64,000 nt of DNA from Candidatus Hadarchaeota archaeon (GCA_964452145.1 CAYVLA010000004.1:1-64000); one strand, 5' to 3'. Shown: positions 1 to 9,057, counted from the stretch's first letter. The notes: generated by a model not told the origin, from the letters alone. Numbers and translations are program-made.

Positions 1-318
1 AGGGGCCGGGAAGCCATCTTCACAATGTTACCCACTCAAATGTGCAGAGATCCTCAAAGGCTGCGCTCCAATACGCAGCGCGTCGCACCCGAGCTTCACG
101 AGGAGATCCTGGGGATTTCGGAGGGAAGTGGAATCGGGCTGAACGAGGTGTTGGCGTACAACTGCCTCCCCGAGGTTACGGAGGTGCCCCTTCCAGCCTG
201 CACCAACTTCGCGTTCTCGGACACCGAGCTAGGCCCGGCCATAGCCAAGACAAATGACGGGGACACGCCTGACTGCGATTGGTTCTACGTTGTCGAGCAC
301 ATTGACACCAGGTCATGA
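1..318 (+). pseudogene. C45-family (acyl-CoA:6-APA acyltransferase/NAAA-like Ntn hydrolase) fragment, 5' end outside window, truncated at 3' end
   Basis: Frame is open from base 1. PELHEEILGISEGSG..EVLAYN..ACTNF..AKTND matches the C45 pro-segment and nucleophile-Cys pattern. TGA at 316-318 comes only about 38 codons after the Cys. Confidence 0.6.
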
Positions 319-364
319 GAAGTCAATCGTCTATCCAATCCCTCTCCCACCCAGGCGCCCGGCC

Positions 365-528
365 TCATTCCTTCTCGGCCCATTCCTTCGTCTTCTTCGC
401 GCCCTCTTTGATGGCCTCGACGCCCTTCTTGCCGAGGTCCACTCCCTTCTCCCCTGCCTCCAAGCCAGCCTGACCCCTTCCTTGGCCACTTCCTCCGTCT
501 TCTTCTTGATCTTCTTCACGAAATACAT
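365..528 (-). pseudogene. Small Lys/Glu-rich amphipathic helical (LEA/CsbD-like) protein with an apparent 1-nt frameshift
   Basis: MYFVKKIKKKTEEVAKEGVRL continues in the next frame as GLEAGEKGVDLGKKGVEAIKEGAKKTKEWAEKE*. The span is 164 nt, one base short of 55 codons. GAGGA SD-like motif upstream. Confidence 0.55.
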
Positions 529-741
529 GATCTGTCCTCGTCACAGATCTCTTGTCGGCGGATAGAAGTCTGAGCCGCGTGTGCTCCCTGTGGCTACATG
601 GTCTTTTCCATGAACAGCCACAGAGGACGAAGCTCGGGCCGCGGGTGCGCTTTTTGGCATCACTCGGTCAACCTTTGAACCACCTTGGTGAAGCCACGCC
701 AACACACGAGTGGATTCGTCTCCCTCGACCTGTCTGCCTCG

Positions 742-1536
742 TCATTGGCTGATGAGCACTGGGATGATCTCGTCATTGGTCTGCGGGTATTTCGATCTCG
801 TGTCTGGAGATCCATAGACAGTCGCCAGTTCGAAGTGGGTGAGTCTTGCCAGAAGATCGACCTCGTCGACGCTATAGATCCTCTGTAAGAAGTCCTCGAC
901 GATGGGTTGCATCTCTTTTCCATCACTCCATCTCCTAGTCTTGATGGTGCGGCGGATCAGGTTCCCTTCTGGACATCGGGTTCTCGTAGATGTCTGCACG
1001 AACTTGATGTCTGCGTCTTCATGCTTGTGGACCACGGGCTCGCCCTCTTCCCCTAGGGCCCGTTTCCAGGGATTTGAGTACTGGAATACGAAGACACCAC
1101 CTTGAACCAGACTTCTGTGGATACCTCTTAGAGTAGATATGGCGTCATTATTGGTCACCAGGAAGGGAAAGGAGCTGAACCACATGTAGGCGAAGCCGAA
1201 CTCTTCCCGGAGGGATAGGTTTCGCATATCCATAACATGGAAGTCAAGCTCCAGGTTGCCTGCTTTCTTCTTGGCCAGATCTATCATCTGGTGAGAGATG
1301 TCTATGCCAGTGACCCTGTAGCCTCTCCTTGCCAACTCTATGGCGTGCCTCCCCGTTCCGCAAGCAAGATCGAGAAGTCTCCCAGGTGGGCTCTGGCAGT
1401 GTTCCCTCATCACTGATTCTAGAAAATCACACTCTTTCTCTGTCCATCCCTTGGCGTAGCGATACTTGTCATACCATTCAGCAAAATCGGGAGGATATTG
1501 ACTCGGCAACCAGACCCCAGATAACTCGCTGTTCAA
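742..1536 (-). CDS. Class I SAM-dependent methyltransferase
   Basis: LLDLACGTGRH motif I, VTGIDIS and DMRNL motifs; 264 aa. Confidence 0.9.
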   Translation of the reverse strand: MNSELSGVWLPSQYPPDFAEWYDKYRYAKGWTEKECDFLESVMREHCQSPPGRLLDLACGTGRHAIELARRGYRVTGIDISHQMIDLAKKKAGNLELDFHVMDMRNLSLREEFGFAYMWFSSFPFLVTNNDAISTLRGIHRSLVQGGVFVFQYSNPWKRALGEEGEPVVHKHEDADIKFVQTSTRTRCPEGNLIRRTIKTRRWSDGKEMQPIVEDFLQRIYSVDEVDLLARLTHFELATVYGSPDTRSKYPQTNDEIIPVLISQ

Positions 1537-1689
1537 CCCAGCTAAAAGGTATTATGCTTGAACTATCGGGGCTATCGGGGACATGACGGGCCGATGGTTG
1601 TAAGTTGGGGATCTGTTGGCGTGGTTTCGGCTTGGTCTGGCTGGGTGAGGATTGTTCTGGCCTTTGATGCCCCATGGGTCTGCCGTTTG

Positions 1690-2949
1690 TTATCGAGTGG
1701 GTTTGCGAAGTTTGAAGACTACTGACCACGGGATTCTCAGAGCGTGTTCGACCATGCCGGGAGGCAGCTCGTTTCTGCCCAGCTCGCTGATAGAAGGCTC
1801 TACCAGATCCGTGACGATGAAACCGTGTTTCTGGAAGGCTTGATAGTAGTCCGACAGCGTCCTGTGGAAACTGATGAAGGGGGTGTCGAAACCACCCCAG
1901 ATCTCTTTATAGTGACCACGTGCGAAGTACCTGTCAACCATCCACCCCACGCGTTCCTCTCTTCTTCGCGTGTCCGGAGGTACCCTGACCCAGCCGTGGA
2001 CCGGCGGCGTCCCGAAGCAGGGATGAGAGATGACAACAACCACCACCCCGCCCGGCTTGAGGACCCTCGAAAACTCTCTTATCGCCCCCTCATAGTCTCG
2101 ACAGTCCATCAACACGTAGTTCGACACCACGACATCGATGCTCTCGTCTTCGATGCAGGGCATATCACTGACGGTACCGTTATGGTACCTGATCCCCAGA
2201 GGCTCTCCCTCCTCACGCCGAAGGGCCAACTCATAGAAGCTCTTTGACAACTCCACACCCACAACACGGGCCCCTCTCTTTGCAAGAAGCCGGCACAGGT
2301 ATCCGTTCCCACAGCCTGCATCCAGAACCTTCAACCCTTCCACAGATCCCAGAAGACTGAACAGCACCGGGTCGCTCTGATACTTCCTGTTCCGATCTCC
2401 GTACTCATCATATCGGCTATCCCATTGCTCGGCCTTGGAGTCCCACGACCTGGCGATCTCCTCGTCGGTGACAGCATCCTCCCTGGCAGGCACCGCTCCT
2501 TCCTGCCCAGGCCATACGAGGACTATGGATGTCTCCTCGGAGAGCCCCCGCCTCTCCCTCTCCCAACCGGATTGCTGGACGTAGGGATGCCCACCATCAT
2601 ACTCAAGATAGTCAAGTGAAGGATGCCAACAACCACAGGAAGGGCATCTGTACTCCCAGTAGTATCCCCAGTCCCAGAAATCTTTGACAACCGTCCTGAA
2701 GTCACCCGAGCAGTCACCACAGATGAAAGCCTCGGCCCGGGGACAGAAGAACGTGGCCTGGAAGTGGTTCGGCTTGCCACAGATGGAACAGACGTATCGC
2801 CAGTGCCGACGGCATCTGGACCATTCCTTACCCAGGTCATACTCGGACTCCCTTACCTGGTAGGACTGGGTGTTCCGGTGTATCTTGGCGCAATATCGGC
2901 AAACCACGTTCATTCCCCCTCTGGGCCCGATCAGCATCTCCTGCCTCAC
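1690..2949 (-). CDS. Class I SAM-dependent methyltransferase with N-terminal Cys/His-rich (putative zinc-finger) domain
   Basis: VLDAGCGNG, GVELS, RVLKPGG, ISHPCF and FHRTLSDY in the C-terminal half. CRYC, CRRH, CSIC, CGDC and CPSC in the N-terminal ~110 aa. Start may be the second ATG. Confidence 0.88.
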   Translation of the reverse strand: MRQEMLIGPRGGMNVVCRYCAKIHRNTQSYQVRESEYDLGKEWSRCRRHWRYVCSICGKPNHFQATFFCPRAEAFICGDCSGDFRTVVKDFWDWGYYWEYRCPSCGCWHPSLDYLEYDGGHPYVQQSGWERERRGLSEETSIVLVWPGQEGAVPAREDAVTDEEIARSWDSKAEQWDSRYDEYGDRNRKYQSDPVLFSLLGSVEGLKVLDAGCGNGYLCRLLAKRGARVVGVELSKSFYELALRREEGEPLGIRYHNGTVSDMPCIEDESIDVVVSNYVLMDCRDYEGAIREFSRVLKPGGVVVVVISHPCFGTPPVHGWVRVPPDTRRREERVGWMVDRYFARGHYKEIWGGFDTPFISFHRTLSDYYQAFQKHGFIVTDLVEPSISELGRNELPPGMVEHALRIPWSVVFKLRKPTR

Positions 2950-3265
2950 ACTCTATTCTGTCTTTCCTATGAAGCTCTTGCTGCTTTTGTGAGACTTCAA
3001 AGGTGGATCTGAGCACAGTAGCCAAGGATGAGCTTCGTCAGCCTCGGTCAGGCGAGGACGCAACTCCGATGTACCAATTAGGATGAGTGGCTTCTTGGTG
3101 AAACGCTCTTTGCGTTCTTAGTCCACGCTGGAGATTTCTGGTAATGGCGACCGAAGAAGGAATGTATGGAGATGCCCTGAGAACACCCTTAGGAGGGAAT
3201 AAGGCTTGATCGACATGGGTATCTGTCTTCCGCGGAGAGGGATGCCCGCGGGCACTTGGTGCAAC

Positions 3266-3952
3266 TCAGGTTCTTGGATTCAGGCGTCGTTCAAGAGGTT
3301 CAAGACGGCTGTCGAAGTCGGGTAAAACCCCCGAGTATCTGTGGAAGTGATCCAGAACGGCAAGATTCAGCCATTGCCCCGAGAAATGCCTCACAGATGC
3401 GGGGAGATACCCGTCCCAGAACAGGCCCCTCTTTGCATACTCCTCATCGACTCTGCCTCCGATGACGGACTGTACACAATCAAGCGCTGCCTCTCCCACC
3501 ACCTCGCTGTCCACCCCGTATGGGCTAAGTCCCGTAAGGACGACCCGAACCGCGCCACGGCCACAACCGCGGCACAGGAAGGTGCATGGAATGCAAGGGT
3601 CCTTGGCGTTCCGCAGGAACACTGACACCGACTTCCTAGTCGGCATCTCCTCCGAAAACGGCTTCTCGCCCTGCCTGTGGATGAACGCCCAGGCGATCCC
3701 ACGAGGGTCACCCTCTACCCCCACCAGCCTACCCTTGGTGGTCAGGACCCGTTTCTTGGTCCGCCGAGCTTCTCCTTCCTCAGCAGGTCTGCAGATCTCG
3801 TAGCCCATGCTGAAGCCGAACCGACAGGAGAGGGCATCCGCGATGCTGCATACGCCACCGGAATCCACCGCCGCGTTTCTGATGGTTGCACAGAGAAGGG
3901 ATAAGCGGAACAGAGGGGATTCGCGCCCTGAACGGCAGAGACCTTGTGCCAA
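3266..3952 (-). CDS. Hypothetical protein (alternative start ATG at 3808)
   Basis: 228-aa ORF beginning 2 nt after the regulator stop; contains CxxCxxxCxxC (CIPCTFLCRGC). Confidence 0.45.
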   Translation of the reverse strand: MAQGLCRSGRESPLFRLSLLCATIRNAAVDSGGVCSIADALSCRFGFSMGYEICRPAEEGEARRTKKRVLTTKGRLVGVEGDPRGIAWAFIHRQGEKPFSEEMPTRKSVSVFLRNAKDPCIPCTFLCRGCGRGAVRVVLTGLSPYGVDSEVVGEAALDCVQSVIGGRVDEEYAKRGLFWDGYLPASVRHFSGQWLNLAVLDHFHRYSGVLPDFDSRLEPLERRLNPRT

Positions 3953-3954
3953 GC

Positions 3955-4431
3955 CTAGTCCTCACCAAAGACCTCTCTTGCCTGGGGCCAGGCGCGGGTG
4001 AATATCGCCCCGGCAAGTCTGGCCGGGGGAAGATCTTTCTCCTTCTTCTTCAGGGTCACGCCCAGCCTGTCCGCCTCGCCAAGCAACAGTCGCCTGCACG
4101 AGACTTCGTCGGGACATCCTCTACACTGCCCTTCATGCGAACGCCAGATATTGATCCCGTCCCTGGGCGAGAAGGTGATGAGAATTGATGAATCGAACTC
4201 CCTCGTGTAGCCGAGGGCAAATCCCCTCTCCGGGTCCAGGCTCTTGATCATGGCCTTGTTCATCCTCGCTGCCTCGACGAGCGCCCTGTAGATCTTGGAG
4301 TCGGCCGATTGAAGGCTCTTGCTGACGTACTGCCTGGACTTGCCGATCTGCCTTGAGATCTCGGCCGCCCTGTGACCTCGGAGCCGTAGTTCCCATATGC
4401 TGGTCTGGCCAGGGGTGAGGAGGAAGCTCAA
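3955..4431 (-). CDS. Archaeal HTH transcriptional regulator with C-terminal CxxCx5C motif
   Basis: LTPGQTSIWELRLRGHRAAEISRQIGKSRQYVSKSL is a LuxR/sigma-r4-like HTH; HEGQCRGCPDEVSC; GGAGG upstream. Confidence 0.75.
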   Translation of the reverse strand: MSFLLTPGQTSIWELRLRGHRAAEISRQIGKSRQYVSKSLQSADSKIYRALVEAARMNKAMIKSLDPERGFALGYTREFDSSILITFSPRDGINIWRSHEGQCRGCPDEVSCRRLLLGEADRLGVTLKKKEKDLPPARLAGAIFTRAWPQAREVFGED

Positions 4432-4468
4432 CGGATGTCTTTCGCGGAGGAAACATTGATAACTCTTG

Positions 4469-4490
4469 TGTCAACAGTCGCCTGTTGACA
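4469..4490. promoter_or_regulatory. Perfect inverted repeat, putative operator
   Basis: TGTCAACAG-TCGC-CTGTTGACA between the divergent regulator and the 542-aa ORF. Confidence 0.65.
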
Positions 4491-6113
4491 GAATTGCCCA
4501 TCTCCTTCCCTGACCCTCAAATGCGCAACGAGAGGTACTGGGTGACGTCAGAGGTCTCCGAGCTAGAGCCTGGCTCGCTTCTCCTCAGACCGATGGGCCT
4601 GGAAATCCGTGAGACAAGATTGTTGGAGGTTGGGACTGATGGCCACGGCAGCAGTGTCGGCCTGGTGGTGAGGGCCTGCCAGGAAGGCATCGACATACTC
4701 ATTGGGTTCCGTGCCGTGCCCATTGCCCCAGGAGAACTCTCTCCCTACAGACTGAAACGGGAGCCGAACCTTCGGGTCGAAATTGATGGTGTGGGTCTGG
4801 AGATCCCGGTATTCCGTGCTGGAAAGCAGAGGTTTGTGCGAATCTGTGAGCGCTCATCCAGCTACCTAGTCTCTCCGTCAGACCCGGAGCTTTCCGCGGA
4901 AGACACGGCACTTCTGAAGGGAATCGGCGAGGTCGATGAAGAGGGGTCGTACATCTGGCTGCCCTTCAAGAAGAAGGTCCGGCTTCGCCTCCAGGAGTTC
5001 CCGGATGTTGTTTGCGTGGCGACGCGATGCCTCCGGGTCGACGGGACACAGGAAACGGAGCTGAGAACGCTGGCCTACCATGACTGGTCCATCGGCGAAC
5101 TGATGGAAAGGTGCGGCTCGGCCCGTCTAGAGAAGATCGGACAGGTAAGCCTGGGGACATCCCCTCTTCCGGTGAGGCAGTTCATGACCATCCCCACAGC
5201 AAGGCTGGAGTTGGACCACTTGGCTGAGCCAGACGAGGATGGCTGGGTCCGCAGCTCGTTCGGCCGGAGGGTTTCCACATCTGTTCTGAAGTCGGCGAGG
5301 CTCATGAGCTTCAGTCTGGCAGGGGAGTTTGCTTCACCACCCCGGGGTTCAAGGGTTGTGGGCGTTCAGGAAGAGAGACTTGCGCTCTTGGACCAGGGCG
5401 GGGCTGATCGCCCTGTCATCAGAACCGAGCCGAGGAGGTGGAGGCCCACTGCGGACGGGAGCGCCATGGTGATGTCCAACGAGATCAAGTTCCTTACCAT
5501 GGTGATGAACCGGGGGTCCAGCTACTGCATGAGGTCGGAAGCTGTGGGAGATTTCCGGTCTGACAGATGGATCTCGACCAAACACTTCGTTCTGAACGAG
5601 TTGACCTTTGCCGGGGATCGGCCTGTTCTGGCCACGGGTGATCTGGCACTATTCACCTTTGAGACCGGTCAACCAGAGCTGGTTATGACGGGCATGGGCA
5701 GCGTGACGTCGGTCGTGACGAAATCAAGGGTTGTGTCCGTCAACGTCCTGATAACCCATGTGCACGAGGACGACCGGCTGTACGTCGATGGGTACAGGTG
5801 TTCAGGGGGGTTGACAGCGGTGCCGCTTGGCATGCTTGAGCCAGTCAGTCTGGTCCGTGGAGGAAGGTTGAGGTGGAGGCCTAGGCCGATCACGGCCCAG
5901 ATCCTCCAAAAGCTGGCAAGGAAGGGGCGACTTCCTCTGGTCTTCGAAGACAAGTTCGGGGTCAGCAACGTTGCCGTGTCGCTTCTACCTCGAGCTTTCC
6001 TCTGTTTTCCCCCAACACCCTCACTGTCAGAGCCTCCTGTGGGAAGGCGGCCGACCTTTGGAGGGGAGGATCCGAGGTTGGATTCAACCAGGGTGAAACG
6101 GGGTCAGCGATGA
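4485..6113 (+). CDS. Hypothetical protein, ~530-542 aa (likely start ATG 4520)
   Basis: Long ORF with host-like codon usage; no recognisable motif. Confidence 0.7.
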   Translation: MTELPISFPDPQMRNERYWVTSEVSELEPGSLLLRPMGLEIRETRLLEVGTDGHGSSVGLVVRACQEGIDILIGFRAVPIAPGELSPYRLKREPNLRVEIDGVGLEIPVFRAGKQRFVRICERSSSYLVSPSDPELSAEDTALLKGIGEVDEEGSYIWLPFKKKVRLRLQEFPDVVCVATRCLRVDGTQETELRTLAYHDWSIGELMERCGSARLEKIGQVSLGTSPLPVRQFMTIPTARLELDHLAEPDEDGWVRSSFGRRVSTSVLKSARLMSFSLAGEFASPPRGSRVVGVQEERLALLDQGGADRPVIRTEPRRWRPTADGSAMVMSNEIKFLTMVMNRGSSYCMRSEAVGDFRSDRWISTKHFVLNELTFAGDRPVLATGDLALFTFETGQPELVMTGMGSVTSVVTKSRVVSVNVLITHVHEDDRLYVDGYRCSGGLTAVPLGMLEPVSLVRGGRLRWRPRPITAQILQKLARKGRLPLVFEDKFGVSNVAVSLLPRAFLCFPPTPSLSEPPVGRRPTFGGEDPRLDSTRVKRGQR

Positions 6114-6174
6114 AGCGGAGCAGCGGTAAGGTGGTAAGGTATGTTGTCGTCGGCAGCGGGCAGACAAGCGTCTC

Positions 6175-7173
6175 GTGGCCCAAGAGTACTCCAGTATTGC
6201 TCGGACCTACAATGTGGCCTCAGTGGCGACGAAGGGGAGGGGCAGGAGAAGGCTGCGAGCCCTCATCAGGAAGGGGGATGTTGTGCTTGATGTTGGGTGT
6301 GGACCAGGCCCGGCTCTGCCTCTTGTCCTAGAGCTGACAGGCCCGGAAGGCGTCTTGCTTGAGCTGGACATCTCAACAGACATGCTTCTGGAAGCGAGGG
6401 GGAAACTGTTTTCGGGGATCGGGAAAACGAAACAGGGCAAGCTGAGCACCGACTCTCGCAGTCCTAGGATCCTCTTCATTCTGGCCGACGGGGAGCGTTT
6501 GCCCATCAAGCGGAATCGGGTCAACGTCGCCCTTTCCTTTCTCAGCCTCCATCGGATGGACCCGGAGGTGGGCCTGAAGGAGATCTGGAGAACAATCAGT
6601 CCGGGCGGATACATCTTCCTCGAGCTGCCCGCGGCCCACGACGAAGACGCCATGGTCTTCCAACACATTCCACCAGGATGCCTGCCCGACCGTGTTCCCA
6701 AAGGCTTCCCTGAAGGCTTCAAGCTGAATCCTGGCTACTGGGAGAAGGAGCAGCAGTCCTGGAAGCGGTTCAAGCAGTTCTGTGGGAGAAGGATCCCTTG
6801 GCTGGCCGAGGCAATATCGAGAGGGTGGTTCCAGGGATACGACGAACTTCGGGCAAGATACGAGGAGCACCTAGCGGATCGAATTGGCAAGAGGGAGCTG
6901 GAGGAGTTCGTAAGGGGTTGGGAGGAGAGGAGCAGATCGGGCAGGCTGGGCTGGATCTGCTTTCCAACCCATCGAGAGTTCACAAGGATCCTTGAGGAAT
7001 TGCGTGAGGCTGGCGCCGTTCTGGTTGAGGCCAGTACTAGCTCCTTCGAGAAGGAGGTCATGGGGCTGCTCAGGACGCGGCGCCGCTACTTTGAGCTATA
7101 TGTCGGGATGTTCAGCCAGGTGGTCAGAACGCATACTGCCATACTTGGGAAGCCACCATGGCATCAACCATGA
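6175..7173 (+). CDS. UbiE-like class I SAM methyltransferase with helical C-terminal extension
   Basis: VLDVGCGPG, LDISTDML, ADGERLP and EIWRTISPGG motifs. Confidence 0.85.
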   Translation: MAQEYSSIARTYNVASVATKGRGRRRLRALIRKGDVVLDVGCGPGPALPLVLELTGPEGVLLELDISTDMLLEARGKLFSGIGKTKQGKLSTDSRSPRILFILADGERLPIKRNRVNVALSFLSLHRMDPEVGLKEIWRTISPGGYIFLELPAAHDEDAMVFQHIPPGCLPDRVPKGFPEGFKLNPGYWEKEQQSWKRFKQFCGRRIPWLAEAISRGWFQGYDELRARYEEHLADRIGKRELEEFVRGWEERSRSGRLGWICFPTHREFTRILEELREAGAVLVEASTSSFEKEVMGLLRTRRRYFELYVGMFSQVVRTHTAILGKPPWHQP

Positions 7174-7526
7174 CACGACGAGCCGCTAGGGATAGAGGTC
7201 GTAACAGGAAACGCACGACCACCCGCACGCATAAGGCACGTGATCGGGATGTTTGGATAGCTTGCAGCAGAGAGACGGTCCTCCAAGTCATCATCCAGCA
7301 GGACTCGGATGCTGAAATCATGTTGGTTGCCCGGTTCCAGTTTGGTACGGATAATCGCCGTCGTGGCAAGTCCATACCCAGATGGATGGGCTGGCGATTC
7401 CAGGGCTACCTCGATGGATCTTTTCGAAGTCGGATTGTTCTCTATGTGCAGGTTGATGGGGACCTCCGCGCCACCCCGGTACGGGAGACCATCGTCCTTG
7501 CCCGCCTCAGAGTGGGCGAGTCTTGA
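7170..7526 (+). CDS. Hypothetical protein, 118 aa
   Basis: ATGA overlap with the upstream methyltransferase stop suggests translational coupling. Confidence 0.4.
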   Translation: MTRRAARDRGRNRKRTTTRTHKARDRDVWIACSRETVLQVIIQQDSDAEIMLVARFQFGTDNRRRGKSIPRWMGWRFQGYLDGSFRSRIVLYVQVDGDLRATPVRETIVLARLRVGES

Positions 7527-7745
7527 ATCTGCGCTACTGCTCTGTTCCTCGTCTGAGACTGCGACTGGCTATCAATCGTCAGTTCTGTCTGCCTCTGTTT
7601 CTCCCTTTGCGCAGAAGGTTTTGACCGTTCTCTGTCGGCTTGTTCATGTGTAGGGAGGTACATGTGTATTGCCCAGGGTTTGACGTTCTTGATGACCATC
7701 GGGGTGGAGTGTGCCCCCCGGGCTATCCAGGTGTTACTGGTAGAT

Positions 7746-7865
7746 TGGTGCGGGGGGTGGGATTCGAACCCACGGACCCCTTCGGGACAGGGTATCTCAA
7801 GCACGAGCTCCTAAGCCTCGCAAAGCAGGCTTACCTGCGCCTTTGACCAGCTCGGCAACCCCCGC
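7746..7865 (-). tRNA. tRNA-Leu(UAG) with two introns (30/31 at 7817-7833; 37/38 at 7794-7809); CCA encoded
   Basis: Removing 17+16 nt gives GCGGGGG..GGCG-CAGGG-CT-TAG-GA-CCCTG, a long variable arm, GGTTCGAATCC and ..CCCCCGC-A-CCA (87 nt). Confidence 0.92.
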
Positions 7866-7881
7866 GCGGGTTTCAAGGTTC

Positions 7882-7907
7882 CGAAAAGTGCTTAAAATAT
7901 ATTTTTC
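7882..7907. promoter_or_regulatory. Overlapping divergent BRE/TATA promoters (tRNA-Leu and Gfo/Idh/MocA gene)
   Basis: Plus strand CGAAAAG-TG-CTTAAAAT; minus strand GAAAAA-TATATTTTAAG; AT island in GC-rich DNA. Confidence 0.6.
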
Positions 7908-7962
7908 AGAGTCTCTTGGGTAGCCGCGGGATTATCTAGATGCGTAAGAGAGGAGAAGCAAC

Positions 7963-9057
7963 GTGAGCATCAGCATCGGCATGGTTGGGCTGGGGATGTT
8001 CGGCAAGGGCTTCGTCCAGCATTTCAGGGATCATCCGGACGTTCACAGGATGGCGCTGTGCGATCTGCGCGCGGACCGGCTGGCCGAGTGCTCCAGCAAG
8101 TACGGGATAGACGAGACGTACCCGAGCCTGGATGCGATCTGCCGCTCGAATCTGGATGCGTTGGTGATAATCACCCAGCCCTGGCTCCACGCCAGGCAGG
8201 CCATCCAGGCGATGAAGGCCGGCAAGCATGTCTACAGCGCGGTGCCCGCGGCCTACCGCCTGGAGGACGTCGACCCCCTAGTCAGGACGGTGAAGGAGAC
8301 AGGCATGATCTACATGAACGGGGAGACAAGCTACTTCCGGCCCGAGGCCGCCTTCTGCAGGAAGAAGGCCGAGGAGGGTGGCTTCGGAGAGTTCGTCTTC
8401 TGCCAGGCCGAGTACTTCCACGACATGAGCCATGGCCTCTACGAGGTTGCCAAGAACCGCTGGGGCGAGAAGTTCGGTCCCGACATAACGGGCGAGATAC
8501 CCATGCATTACCCCACACACTCCACCTGTTTCCCCGTATCGATCATGAAGGCCCACATGACCCACGTCTCGGCCCAGGGATACGTGTACCCAAACGACGA
8601 CTGGTACCGCACCGACACGGTTTGGAAGAACCCCTTCTCAAACGAGGTGGGTCTGTTCAAGATGAGCAACGGGGCTGCGGCTAGGATCTGCGAGTTCAGG
8701 CGTGTCGGGCACCCTGGACAGGAACGGACAAGCGCCGTCTACGGCACGGAGGGAAGCTTCGAACACAATCTGGCCGGCATGGTCTGGGCCGACAAGAAAG
8801 GGAAACATGTCGTGGAGCCCACCTCCCACCACGAGTACCTGCCGGAGCCGCTTGCATCCAATCTGGGCGGCCACGGCGGGTCACACGCCTATCTGGTGCA
8901 CGAATTCGTGGATTCGGTCAACCGCCAGCGCCTGCCCCGAATCAACGCGTGGGAGGCGGTTCGATACTGTGTCCCGGGCTTCATCGCCCACCAGTCTGCT
9001 CTGAAGGGGGGCCGGCTTCTGAAGATCCCCGATTGGGGAGATGCGCCGGATTCCTGA
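7963..9057 (+). CDS. Gfo/Idh/MocA family oxidoreductase
   Basis: IGMVGLGMFG Rossmann motif, GKHVYSAVP, YPTHS and GGHGGSH. Confidence 0.9.
   Translation: MSISIGMVGLGMFGKGFVQHFRDHPDVHRMALCDLRADRLAECSSKYGIDETYPSLDAICRSNLDALVIITQPWLHARQAIQAMKAGKHVYSAVPAAYRLEDVDPLVRTVKETGMIYMNGETSYFRPEAAFCRKKAEEGGFGEFVFCQAEYFHDMSHGLYEVAKNRWGEKFGPDITGEIPMHYPTHSTCFPVSIMKAHMTHVSAQGYVYPNDDWYRTDTVWKNPFSNEVGLFKMSNGAAARICEFRRVGHPGQERTSAVYGTEGSFEHNLAGMVWADKKGKHVVEPTSHHEYLPEPLASNLGGHGGSHAYLVHEFVDSVNRQRLPRINAWEAVRYCVPGFIAHQSALKGGRLLKIPDWGDAPDS

Noticed and set aside
331..528. Arg-rich 65-aa ORF as a protamine- or histone-like protein
   Set aside because: The Arg-rich half is better explained as the out-of-frame reading of a K/E-rich gene.
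588..623. Hairpin CTGTGGCT..CATGG/CCATG..AGCCACAG
   Set aside because: An isolated stem-loop with no recognisable riboswitch or ncRNA consensus.
1563..1580. CTATCGGGG direct repeat, two copies
   Set aside because: Too short and only two units; it could be an operator but there is no supporting evidence.
7794..7833. Single 33-nt intron, or Leu(GAG) reading of the tRNA
   Set aside because: Neither gives a 5-bp anticodon stem with a 7-nt loop; the two-intron Leu(UAG) model does.
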